Under the pieces are notes generated by a model. The model was not told the DNA's origin. It did not search any database and saw nothing but the letters and a program-made list of their open reading frames with translations. A program made the translations under genes and the position numbers. From assembly GCF_000143415.4 (NCBI RefSeq), contig NW_003314264.1, positions 1,318,733 through 1,382,732 on the forward strand: a DNA stretch of 64,000 bases. The letters are read 5' to 3'. Origin of the DNA: Selaginella moellendorffii. Lineage: Eukaryota; Plantae; Lycopodiophyta. Of this stretch, positions 22,456 through 35,087 are shown in pieces (position 1 is the first letter of the stretch; each line of letters begins with the position of its first letter).

Positions 22456-25400
22456 AGGAGACACATGCTTTGGAATCTGTTGAGAACCCCATGAGCATTC
22501 CCTTGCAGCATCTCCTATAGAGAACAGCCAATAACGCTATGAAATATGTTGTCATAATAGATTTTTGTTGTGTCTAAATGCTCAACCCAGTCGCATTGGT
22601 CCACCACAACATAGTACCATAGATAATCCTCAACTTGAGCATTTACACATTCAGTCTACCCATCAGTTTGAGGATGATAAGTTATACTAAACTTCAACTT
22701 CATATCGAACAATTGTAACAATATGCCCCAAAACTTTTTTGTATATCTCGAATCTTTATCCAAGATTATCTCTTTGAGAAGACCACAAATCTGTACTACT
22801 TCATGGAAAAAGAGCTTTATTGCTTGCTTCGCATTCACTATTTTCATAGTTGGAATGAAGTGTGCAATTTTTGACAATCAATCCAAAACCACCATCAAAG
22901 TATCATAACCCTTAGACTTCGACAAGCAAGTGATAAAATCAAGTGTCATACTCTAAAATGGCTATACTGGTGCTGGATTGCATTACAACTTTCTAGCCTG
23001 CTTCTCAATTATTTACTTACACTGTTGGCATATAGGGCAATAATGGATATAATTTGCTACATCACTTTCCATACCAGACTAGAAAAATCCCTTTTTCAAT
23101 GAAGAAAAAGTCTTGAATCACCATGTCCCGCTGCCAAAACATCATGATGTTCCCACAGAAACAACTATCACAAATCCTTAGATGAAAGATACAATCTTTC
23201 TTACTTATAGAAAATAAGCCGGTCATAAACTGAGAAGTGAAGCTTTACATTGGCACGACTAGTAACTTTTGCCACTTTGCTACTAGAGTTCTACTTCAAC
23301 AACTCTTCACAATGCAAGATTGCCATTGCCAACGAATCACTTCCATATGAAGCCTGAACGTCCAACCAGTTTGAACTGATTGTAGATATTGCCCGAAATT
23401 AAGCATAATGACTTAACGCATCCAAAACAATATTGTCTTTACTAAGTTTATAGATGATTTTAATATCAAATCTAGTAAACTTCTCTTGCCAACAAGCTTA
23501 CTTCGGTGTAAGCTTTAGCTATGTAGCAAAGTAGTTTAGTGTGTTGTTATCTATATAAACCTTGGTATGTCCACCCAAATAGTGTCTCTAGTGTTCCAAT
23601 GCTAACACTATAGCAAATATTTCTTTCTCATGCGTTGGCCATCTTCATTGGGTTTCATCCAATTTCTTGGAATAAAATACAATGGGATAATTGTGTTGCT
23701 TAGCATAACACTAACCATATTATTGCAATCTTGCTACAATACTGCACGTATAACATAGCCAGATGCATCATAATGCACTTCAAAGGGTTTATCAAAATCT
23801 AAGATCCTAAGAACAGGAACCATAATCAAGATCTCCTTTAACCATACAAAAACACACTAATAAACTGGTGTCTAATGAAACAGTATACTACTCTTTGTTA
23901 ACTCAATCAACAGAAGAGCAATACTTGCAAAATTGCGAATAAACTTGTGACAATTTCCCACCAAACCAACAAAGGAATGAACATCTAATACAATGGTTGG
24001 GACTTCCTAAAACTTCATCACTTCCACCTTCTTTGGATCTACCTCAATTACACCACCACCGACTATATGCCCAAGAAAATTCACACACAATTGTCTAAAA
24101 GCATATTTACTTTCTTTAGTATACAGTTTGTGTTCACGCAACTTTTGAAACACCAACTCCAAGTGTTTCAAATGATCCTCCAATGTTTCACTGAAAACTA
24201 GAATATCGTCAATATATAGAATAACAAATGTGTCCAAATAATCTTTGAATATTCTATCCATCATCTTGTTAAATGTTGTTAGAGCATTATATAACCCAAA
24301 TGGCATGAGAAGGAACTTATAGGATCTGTATTAAGTCTTAAAGGTTGTCTTCTCCACATTCTAATCTGCCACTCGTATCTGATGATACCCAGACCATAAA
24401 TCAAATCATATAAAATACTTAAGCAAGTCATCTTATGGAGCATCGGTCCTTTTTGTTATGAAAAAGGATAGTACCAAAAGGATGTGTATTGATTATCAAG
24501 CACTCAACAAAATCACAATAAAAAACAATTATCCTTTACCTCTCATTGATGACTTGTTTGACCAACTTAAAGGCTAGTCAGATATGACCTTTCCGTGAGT
24601 TTCTTCTTGAGTTTAGAATGTTCAAACAATATAGAGTCTTCATAGGTGGTTAAGAACTTAAAACAATCTCAATCTAATGACTAACCTCATAGCTAGGAGG
24701 TAGTTCTGGTGGCAAATTTTCATTCTATCCTCATTCTCCTCCAACAACTTCAATATTTCCTTTGGTATAGGATCAACCTCATCACCGATTGAATTGAGTC
24801 ACCATCACCCTTAGCTTCCAGTACTACTCCTTAAGCTTGCTAAGTGCCAACTCAATCATTATAAGCATCTTATCCTTAACGATGTGTGCAGGCTGGGCAA
24901 TAGCATACACTTGAACCCAAAAGGTTTGACGTCCCTTAGTTGCTTTTTGAGTGGCTCTTGCAGTCATGAACTTAGCCTTTGAAAAGTGCTTTTACAAATG
25001 GAAGGACACATTAGGACATTCTTTTGACCTCAACGTGATGCAACTTTGTTCAGCACCATAAATCCCTTTTATATATTTATGAAGAAATCCATACCAAACA
25101 CCATCTAAAAATCTGGTATCTTCAACATTACCAAGTTTAATTTTTCTTTCCACTTGGATATTTTTATTAGAACATCACTCACAAATCTTCTAGCTACTTG
25201 CCCACCTTCCGCAAACCGGAAGTGTATTCAATCCTAACAACTTTATTAAGTTTTCGGATATTATGCTGTGCATAGCTCTTATGTCAATTATCACTCAGAT
25301 TTAGTGTCCGTAGACAAAGGTTACCAGATGCATCAACGAATCAATGTTTGCATTGACTATGAGAAAATCTTGAGGAAAGTAACGGAAGTAACTCACCTCC

Positions 25401-25975
25401 TTTTCCTCATAATCTATATTGACCAACTCATCAATCCCTTCAGCTTCACCACCACCATCTTCCCTTATGACATTAATACAAGTCTTTGTCTTATATTTGT
25501 TAAGAAATTCCAAGGACCTATGCCCTATCTTTCCACAATGGAAGCAATAACCCACACTACCTATTCTACTAGGAGCAGGTTTTACAAGTTGCTATAAAGA
25601 AGGAATAAAGGGTTTAGTACCTTAGACAAGAATAAGAACTCTAGGAACAAATAAGGTGATCAGAAATAGTAAGCAAACGCATTAACATAATGCATAAGGT
25701 CCTCTTGCTGCTTTAATTGCCACAACTCCGCATGAAGTTTTAGACTAAGATTGTCCGGTAAGTATTCTTTACGAATATGAGACCACATCTTAGTCCAACT
25801 TTTAATCTGCCCTTTTTCAGCACACACCTAGCGCCACCAAGTTTTAGCATGATTGATGAGAAAGGACTGCATATACACAACTTTCATACGATCATCTATA
25901 TTTGCCCCTAAAATAGTTTTCCATATCGTAGACTCAATCTTCCAAAACCTGATAGTCCCACATACCTCTGAAATT
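22456..25975 (-). mobile_element. Degenerate Ty3/gypsy gag-pol (gag, zinc knuckle, protease, RT, RNase H, integrase)
   Basis: CFHCGKIGH; MPFGLYNA...LYIDDILVFS; SITYHPQTDG. Domain order is RT-RH-INT. Confidence 0.92.
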
Positions 25976-26605
25976 GGGTGGTTTCAAAACTTGATTGATG
26001 ATCAAGTCATTATATTATGTGATAATAATTTTTAATATAATTATAATTATAATACATAGTTAATATAGATCTATGTGATTATGAACAATGTGTTTACAAA
26101 GTTGCTTAATGAAACAATAATCAACCCTAAAGTGGTTGATAGTGAAGTTAGTCTACTTGCAAAAGTAGCATTATAGTAACTTTGACTGGGTTCTTGAAAG
26201 TGATTCAAGTTAATATTAGTATTTATTTCCTTGAGAGTTACCTATTGAAAGTTTGAAAAAAAATTATAGCATTCATTTGCTATAGCTTGTTAGTGGATCT
26301 ATTAACACTTGGAGTAGATTGTTAGATGATGGAAGTGCGTAGTTGGGGTATTGACATTGCTACCACTTGTGTTAGTGAAAGTCATATTGTTATATTAAGT
26401 GATGAGGAATTTTCTTTAAGGTTTGATCTTTTATATCACTTTTTTTGTTAATTTTTTGGCTTCACATTGGATATATGAGTATAATATTTAATGCTTAAGC
26501 ATATTATTGGGTTATAAAAATTTATATTGAGATAAATTTATATGAATTTGTAAGTAAGAGGAAATTGGTTGTCTTGAAATTTGCATTTTGGCTGAGAGTC
26601 ATTCC
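25976..26605 (+). mobile_element. Fragment of family-A internal region (empty-site paralog of the solo-LTR insertion)
   Basis: Aligns to ~14510-14865 joined directly to 15471-15770, without the 600-bp insert. Confidence 0.8.
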
Positions 26606-26609
26606 TTAG

Positions 26610-29100
26610 GCTTACATCCACATTACCTTTAATTCAATCTAAGAAAATTTTATAAAAAAGCACTAAGCCCAAGGTTCCTCTGGACTCCAAGTGTCATGCC
26701 ATTTTCTTTAGCAATGACAAGGACCTAGTCTTCATCACCACATTATAACAAATGAGCAAAGCTCTTGGATCTTCTTCACTGTTTCAAAGACATGTTTCCT
26801 TGGGACTATAGCTAGCTTCTAGGAGTCCCTATGGACACAATGATGGACAGCATAGTGCTTTTTGAGTCAACAAAACTAATCTATCAACAAATGTGGTGTT
26901 TTAGCCTAATAGCTCACTTGGAGGTGAAGTTAGAGATTGAGTGACTTCTAATTTGTGGATGAGATGGCCAGACAATGTTACTACTCTTTCATAGATGGTT
27001 TTTCAGGGTACAACCAAATCTTCATCCATCCTAATTATCGAGATCTTATAGTCTTCTAGACACCTTGGGTTGTCTTTGCTTACAATGTCCTATCATTTGG
27101 CTTATGTGACACTAAACTCTAGTCCACACCTTTCACAACTTGATTGTAGAGGCCTTGAGGGCGTACATGGATGATTTATGCATAGCCTCCAACTCTTTTG
27201 ATGGCCACCTTTTGCACTGGGAGCAGGTTTTTACTTGCTGCCCGCAACACAAGTTTTCTTTGAACTTGGCAAAGTGTTTTGGGGTGATTGAAGGTTGGTT
27301 GCTAAACTTTGATGTCTCATAAGATGGGATGAAGCCCCAAACAGCCAAATTTTAGATCAGCCCTTGCTAACAAACTTGAAGCAGATTCATGGCTTTCTTG
27401 GGCAAATGGTTTGCCATTTCCTCCATAAATATGTTGCACATTCATGGCCTCTGATAGCTCTACTATAACATAATGTTCCATTTGTATGGGGAGCTCAAAA
27501 AAACAGCAATATATCGCTGTGCAATGAACTACTTCACAAAATGGGTTGAGGCAATACCTCTCCAATAGGCATATCAACCATCTACAACAAAGTTTATATA
27601 AAGCAAAATATATATTGCTTGTTGTCTCTCCTTGTTGGATTGGCCTTTACTTTGTCCAGCAACACATTGGAGGTGGAGCATATATGCTAGCAAATGCTAA
27701 CAAACGTGAGCTCCCACACACTCACAACCACTCTCACTTTAAACATTTCATCTAGTGAGGTATCCCTCTTTTCCTTTTTTTCATTTGCTTCTTTTCTTTC
27801 ACTTTACTTTTATAGTTTCTATTGAGGGTGTTTCTCCATTGAACCATGGCTCTTGCCTTGGATTTCAAGCTTAGGCTGCATTGCTATTTGTACGGCAATT
27901 CCTCACTTGGCTCAGACTATGTTCCAAGTTCTTTGGCCTTTACCTTATTATTACTTTACTCCACACATTCCATATAATCTATACTCACAAATACATCACC
28001 AATCACTTTCAGTAACATTGCCCACACTCACTTCAAGTACCCATTTAGGAGTCCAACCCAAATAGCATGAAGTAACAATCTTGGTGGTTGATAACCATAG
28101 ATCTCTTTGGTCCCAATCTGAATTGGCAAATCCCAAATGAACCCCAGGGTTGCATACTCACCCCAATAACCATTGCGCTGATTTGAGCTCCACTAGATGC
28201 TCTAGCTTGAGGTGCTTTACAACCTCATAGTTAAGGACCGATTGATTAGCACCAGAATCTAGCAACACCTCAATCTTTTGGCCACAAATCACTATTTTCA
28301 TATTTGCATGAGGTTGTCCTGGATGATTGTTCTTGAACATGCCAAAAGCACCAATTTTTTCACTTTGATTCTTCTTCCAATCAATCTTAGCTTTACACCA
28401 ATCTTCATCCACTTATTTTGCAAGTAATCTCATGGCCCTCTAGCAATCATTAGTAGTGAGGATTTGTTGGAGCTAAAATTGTACAAGAGATTCTTTTATA
28501 TACTTTGTTATCTCTTAGGTTTCAGTCTTCGGCTCCTTCGGAGGTGGTCTTATCCCTTCTTCCATGGCCTTAGCCTTCTCAACTACAATCCTCTTATTAT
28601 GTTTTTCTAGTCTCCATTGTAGTTCTTGAGTGTGAATCACATACAATTGCAGATCCTCCTCTTCATTGTTGTGCTCAGAATCTAGCTCATCTGTCTCTTC
28701 CAACTCTATATTGCTAGCCTCATTAAGCTCCTCGGTCATGACCATATTAATAGTTGAATTCCTTTGGTTAAGGGGGCAATCCTTAGCCCAATGATCCCCT
28801 TCACTCTTGAAACATTTACCTTGCCTATTGCTTTAGCCTTGATTTGCCACTTTTTCACTAAAGGCCACCATTTAGTGGTCTATTTTGAGTTGGGCTTTTT
28901 ATTTCTTGTGTGAGGGTCGTGGTCAAGCTCTTGACCTCCTTATATAAATTTTCTGCAGCAGTATCTTCCACATTCTTCGACTGGTCCGTAGATTTCACTA
29001 CCTTGTTCACCTTAGGAATCTCTATCTCATAGAAGCATTCTCAAAGTTTGAACTCAATTACTTGTGTTACTACCTATGCATATGACTCCTGTAAGGTGTT
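26610..29100 (-). mobile_element. Scrambled Ty3/gypsy remnants (gag zinc knuckle, protease; RT fragment on the + strand)
   Basis: GKCFKSEGDHWAKDCP (~28775-28822, -); IEVLLDSGANQS (-); AYMDDLCIAS (27140-27322, +). Confidence 0.75.
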
Positions 29101-29159
29101 CTTCATACAATCCCTCAATAGAGTCCTTAATCCCTCAAAAGAACTAACCAAAAAACCAA

Positions 29160-30270
29160 AGAAAATGATTCAAGATATGAATTATAAGGGTTTAAATATA
29201 GAAGGAAAGGGCCCATAAACAACAATGCACCTCTTTTTACAATTAGTTAAAGGTGTTGAGCTACCTGGGGTTGAGCATAAATAGTATTGATCTCAAGAAG
29301 TCCAAATTTATGAATTTACATATGGTATTAAAGGGGTTTTAGACTATTGGTTTGCTAAGAGAATCATATTAAATGTTGAGATTGACATCTAGTAAGTCCA
29401 GTTTGCCAAATTTGTTTCACAAATTCTCGATCTCAACATCTCAACAAATTGTGCTAAACATCGTTTAACACCATTTTGCATGGAAGTGCTAGATATGGGG
29501 AGTTGATGCTCATGGGATTGAGAGTGTACTAGACCTTCATTTTGTAGTGCAACAGACTTGGAGTTGGGCTTAAAATTTAAGTGCACTATATTTGGTATTA
29601 AAAGAATTGTCTCAACGATTCCTATCCAACTTTTGTCATAATTTTTAACTCAAGTTACATACACAAGGAATTTTCTAATTCCAAAGTGAACTATGTAGGA
29701 TTAGTTAGATTGCACCATTCGATAAAAACATTATATGCATGTTTAGTTATTGATAAAGGCATACATACAACTAGTAATATGGTGAAAAGAAATTGTGCTA
29801 ATGATTTTGAAACCTTTAGACCGGCGAATCAAGAGGAGGAAACTCCTACTAGAGATGCTACAGAAGAGGTTGAGGTTGAGTCAAAAGAGGAAAAGCCTAA
29901 TACTGCAGTATTATAATGTTTCTCTCAATCCCACGAGCATCAACTCCTCATATCCAGCACTTCCATGCAAAATGGTGTTAGATGATGTTTAGCACAATTT
30001 CAGCATAGTGCCATAACACAAGGAGAAGGGTACCCCACCAACTAAAGTAGCATGGATTTTGGGTTTAGACCCAAGCCAAATGTAGAATAAGTAACGATAC
30101 AACTTAGCAAAAGCTAAACTAATGTCTTAAATAGTCGGCCATAGAACCAACTTACCTATTATCCCTACTATACATTTGAAACCCCCCACAACCCCCCATG
30201 GCCATTAAAAGGAAACTAGCAATATCAACCTCCTACTGTCATAGTAGTAAGGAAAGAATATCTAAAGCAC
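29160..30270. mobile_element. Mosaic of LTR/TRIM-like remnants in both orientations
   Basis: LTR end plus a degenerate PBS (TTTGGTATTAAAAG, ~29591) on +, and an LTR piece on - at 29930-30200. Homologous to 49606-51291. Confidence 0.65.
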
Positions 30271-30612
30271 GCAAATTGTCTAGCCATAAATGTTGTAATT
30301 CCAATATATAGTGGCTGTAAAACCTGAAAAGCCACTTGTGTGGCTTCAGGTGTGAGCCTCAAGACCAAATAAGAGAAAGTAGCAAACTTGATCTCTGATT
30401 GCAGCAGAAATCTGGAAGGCCATTGCTATAGCAAGTATTCCCAGAATGGTTATAGAAATCAACATCAACCATTACCATGGAAAGATACAGTGAAAAATGA
30501 GTGATAAAAAAGACCTTCACAATGGCAATGGCAATGTGGCTCCCTACTAAGGGTGGGGCCCAAGAAGTCTGTCCAGAACAGAAAGTACAAATTACAGTTT
30601 TTTAATAATTTC

Positions 30613-33435
30613 TCAAATTGCATCTTTAGGAACAAACATTGCCTCAAACAGCCATGAATCAACAAAAGCCAAGATGTTATCTTTACCGATAACACCAAAC
30701 AAGGCTTTTGTGCCCAAATTCTTCTTTTCACTTCTTCTAATAGAAATTTGACTACTGCATGCTTCGTCCCTCAAATAGAGGTTACATAGCTGCTTCTTCA
30801 GATTGACAAAGTCTGTAGAAACCACCAGTTTAATACACCCATTACGAGCTAACTCTCGAAGGGAGTTAGCACCAGCAACTTCAATTGGGGTCAGTGAACT
30901 CTTGTGTTGGAAAAGCTTGTTCAGATCCAAGTTATAAAAAGCATTATTGACAGTACCCTACAATAAAAGAAAAAAGTCAAATTACATCAAAAAGATGACA
31001 TGTTGCTTACCTGGTAAAGCGACTTATTTGTCTCAACTTGCACAAGAACGGGAATAAGGGTCATCGGGTGTTGCTGCTGCAAGGTGGAGCAAGCAGGGTC
31101 AGTCTCTGAAACTTGTCCTTGATCATCTCCATCTCCCTCCGACATGTCTAGGAAAAACAAGGCGTCTGGCCCAAATCCGGATTCTCCTGTCCATAGAACG
31201 GATGGGAAGACGTCCCTCTCCTTGACAGCATTGATGTACTCCTGCAAAGTATATCTTGATGCGTTGACATCATGCACATCCGAGCCTTTACTATGCTCGT
31301 GTCTCATCTGCGCCACTTGTTCACTGTGGATCCTTGGTTTCACAAGCTTCGCTCTTCTGGTGTAGATTTCCGGAATCTCTAGCTTATGTGAAGTGACCGT
31401 GTACACACCATCTTGAAGAAACCTAGAGATCAAATTTGCAGGTTGCATCCCGTCCATTGCTTTTGCAATCATCTCCACTGCAATCATTTCGTATCCGTGC
31501 CCAATTCCGCTATAATCAGTATCAGCTATACTCGATAAGCCTGCTGGTTCGCCAACTGTTAAATAGTGCCACAAAGAATGGAGAACAAGAGGCTCCTCAA
31601 TACGCAGTAGAACGTTCCCTGTGTCTAATCCTCCCTTCGAAGATTCCAAATCTTGCATTTCAAGCGTCCGACGGCCATCCAACCTTGCTAGTCCGTAGTG
31701 AATTAAACTCAAGCTGGGGTTCTTGACGGCAGCATCCAATCCATAGAACTGATGGAAGAGTATAAGACTCAGTTTTTCGAGAGCCAGGGGATGCTTCCGA
31801 AAAAAGTCTTTTACACTTCTGTAGACTGTTCTGTCAAGAAAAGGCGAACTCCGTCCCAAAGTGTTAACTGCCATTGGCCTGTACTCTCTAGTAGAAACCT
31901 CGTTGGCGTATTCGACAAAGTAAGCAGTTGCTTTGCTGAGCGGTAGCTTTTCAGAAATAAACGATTCTAATGCTGAAACGAAAAACCTATACCGCCCCTT
32001 GTATAACTGGAAGACCATGTGAAAATCCACCTGTGATGTATCTTTAAGGATCCGACTAGCATAATCCTTCAGGTCGGCCTCCTCATAAAATCCCCCAAAG
32101 TGACAGAACACTGCCACTGAAAATCTCTGTTTGAGTGTAGCAGAAATATTGCGTGCAACAGAAACCATACTTCCTCCTGTACCAGAATAGTAGATCGTGC
32201 TTGTGCGAAACCCAGCATCGAACAACGCCGGCACAAACACATCCAAAAGAGATCTTGTTCTTGACCCAGCTGTAGGTGAATCAAACCTATTCACCAAGGT
32301 GTCCTGCACCACCTGGCATTCGTCGAGTATAATCGGCCCACTCCAGTCCCTCTTGTGTGTCTCGATCAAACGATCAAATACCCCTTCGATCCCACAGTCA
32401 CTGGATACTAACTCGAGTAGTCTATCACTTAGAACGTAGAAAGGGTCATTATGGAAGGGTAGTAACGCAAATCCAACCTGCTTAAACAACCAGTACTTGG
32501 CCCAAACCTGAGGTGGCATGCTTCCTGCTACCTCCTTCAACTTGTCTAGGATGAAGAATCTGCTGAGAAGAACAGCTTTGAAGCAGCACCGCGTCACGCG
32601 CATCGGAATTGACTGGTCTCCTGGATACAGAACCATTAGCCGACTAACCAGCGCATCCAAGTCTGCAGACCCCTCCGATCCAATCCGTCCCATAGGAACA
32701 CCAACAAAATACAGAGCCAAACGGTCCACTGCAATCTCATACAGTGTTCGAGTTTTTCCAGAGCCGGAAACATCGAAAAGGACCACCAGGCCAGGGCGTG
32801 CTATATCCACTTGATCCAGAATGTATTTGGAGGCCCGAAAAGGCTCCTCGAGGCAATGCCAGAGAAGGCAAGGTTTACGACTGTCAGGAGCTTGGGGAAC
32901 CGTCCCTTTGCAAACGTCTGGATAGCTGGCCTTCAAATCGCTTGGCTCAAGAAGTTCTCCATGTATCTCGTTCCATACATGGTCCAAGATACCTTGCACA
33001 TCTGCTTGATCAAGATCAAACACAATGAACACACAAGTAACGCTTCGTCAGTTCACCAGAGAACATCGTAAATCTTACCACAATCAGTGGTAGGAGCTGA
33101 AGGCGCTGCAAAAAAAAATATTTGTCAGCGATGGAAGAACAAGTCAAGACCAAAATCCAATGCCTACCCTTGAGTAAGATAAGCTTTTCTTCCCTCAGCT
33201 GGCTCTCCTTTAGCCTCAGCTGGTTCTCCTTTTGCCTCAGCTGGTTCTCCCTTTTCCGCCAGTACATCTCCTCCTCAGCATCATTTGTTGCCTTGAGCTG
33301 CTCCTCAGCCTCACATATTTGCTTCTCGACTCCCTCTATTTGCCTTTCAAGGCTGAAAATCGGCCCATCCACCGGCATGGGCTCAGATCCACTGCTAACC
33401 CTAGCTATGATGCAAATCAACAGTTCAGATCTCAT
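30613..33435 (-). CDS. Crinkler/CR-type effector-like protein: coiled-coil header + P-loop NTPase + PD-(D/E)xK nuclease-like domain (~876 aa, 4 predicted exons)
   Basis: Exons 33435-33168, 33105-33079, 33001-31011 and 30957-30613 splice in frame at GT-AG (2631 nt). Walker A DVSGSGKT, Walker B PIILDECQ, SGTG, GRYR, GYE...GPDALFF...LVQVE. Header ENQLRQKENQLRLKESQLREEKLILL. Confidence 0.8.
33193..33255 (-). repeat. Three tandem 21-bp units encoding heptads of the coiled-coil header
   Basis: CCTCAGCTGG(C/T)TCTCC(T/C)TTNN x3. Confidence 0.85.
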
Positions 33436-34119
33436 GTGAATATTCCAGAATCAGACTTCTTAAAGAGTAAATTTCACACTCTTACATTCTGGGAAGCATT
33501 AAAATAATCTTTCACACCAGAAATTTTAATATCTGTCAAATCACAAATTTAGTGATTAGGGTTGATAATTGAAATTCTTTATTTGTTATTTTATTGTTTT
33601 ATTAGCTCAATGTGTTATTTCTTTTTTACCAATCGTGTTATTGATTGAATGGATTAAATGGAAAAACCTGAGGTTAGAGTGGAAGATGAAGTATACCTTG
33701 TGGTGGTTATTCTATAATATCTCGATCCTTTTCAGATTTCTCTTCTATTTTTCAACTGTAGTACTCAAAAACATATCTATTCCAAACTAGACTATGTCCT
33801 ATATAACTTTCTCCTATTAAAAATCTTATTAATGTTTCATATAATTAAATTCTGAAAAAGTACATCAGTGGGATTTTTGTGCATGCATAGTGGTGCAATT
33901 CACATCCCTGCCACTATAGTAGTCCATGTTAAATGCAAACTGGAGGCCGTTGCAGGGCTCCAGCCGACTGTGTACAAAGTACAACATGTCTACCAATTAA
34001 ATGTTATATTTCATCTGAGAGTATGGACCAACATTACATTATCAATGAATTTGTTGGTGGTGCGCGCTTGCATGCCTTCGGTTGAAGTTTCACCATCACT
34101 GAACAAAAGCACAATGGTT

Positions 34120-35087
34120 TCACATAGTCAAGTGAATGCTCCCAAACCTGATCTGGCTTGGGCTTGCACTACTGCTGCTGCGGTAAATCTAACGTGTTCC
34201 TCTCCTCCAGTCCCAATGAGCTACTTCGGAAACGCTATCCACGTCCTTCCTGCAAGGGAAGTTCCGCCATGTCTGAGTAGAGCGGGCAAGAAAGGTAGCG
34301 TTTTGCATGCCCAGCAAGGTTAGGGGTCCTTGCATCGCTCGTTGCCTCTGCACGGCCCCTGCAAGACACCAGGTACATGTACCGCGTAGTGGCATCGTCG
34401 GGCAGCTCCCGGGCCTGGTGACGGACTTCCAGATGAGAGCCGAGAGGAAGCTGCTGGCCGGGCCGAAGCCAAACGGACCTACCCAATTCCCGATGAGCTG
34501 ACGGTGATGGTCTTCTTGCGATAACTGGAAGCTGCGTCAACGATCTGGTACTTCTCGGTGTCCTGTATTGGTGGCTTGGAACAGCTCGGCCTGGAAACAG
34601 CGATTCCCCGGTGGATCGGCGACCAAGCATGGAAGAGACACAGAGTAGCTGTCTGCTACAGTCTCACACACAAGGCAAAGTGTGATTGGCTGGATCCATT
34701 CCCGTTTTTTCGTGCGATGCGAGGAAGTGGCTTTGTGGCTGTGGTGGCAAAGAGTAATGCCACCACAGCCAAAACGAATCATCTTATAGTCGTAGCGGAC
34801 AAAAGGTTTTTGCCTGTAGGTAGGCCAGGTTTGATGCCTGGCAGAGCTTGGACGATTGCTCCATTGAGCAGCAGCTCAACACCCAAGACAAGCAAAGACA
34901 TAGTAGTCCGAGAGGGCGTGAGTGGGGGAGAGCTTGAGCTTGGAAATGGGCTCTGGATCTTTTGGTGATGGCAAGTAGTAGTACACGTAAGACAGGAGAT
35001 CATGTTGGAGAGGGATTTCCAGCAGGGCTGTGGAGTTGGCGACGCAGGTGTGACATTCTAGATGTGAAGCAGGGATATGGAAGCCAT
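34120..35087 (-). pseudogene. BAHD acyltransferase-like pseudogene with inverted 3' part
   Basis: Minus strand: MASISLLHI*NVTPASPTP...LSN and RFGCGGITL. Plus strand: SPPVPMSYFGNAI and TDF. Stops and frameshifts throughout. Confidence 0.65.

Noticed and set aside
29760-29916. Acidic peptide fragment (EEETPTRDATEEVEVESKEEK)
   Set aside because: Short, embedded in LTR debris, and without gene structure.
30987-33032. NB-ARC/NLR resistance gene
   Set aside because: A P-loop is present, but there is no GLPL, MHD, TIR or LRR, and the C-terminus looks nuclease-like.
31144-33071. Plus-strand ORFs overlapping the CR-type gene
   Set aside because: Antisense shadows of the 681-codon minus-strand frame.
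34558-34968. 136-aa plus-strand ORF
   Set aside because: Antisense to the BAHD-like pseudogene, with no motif.
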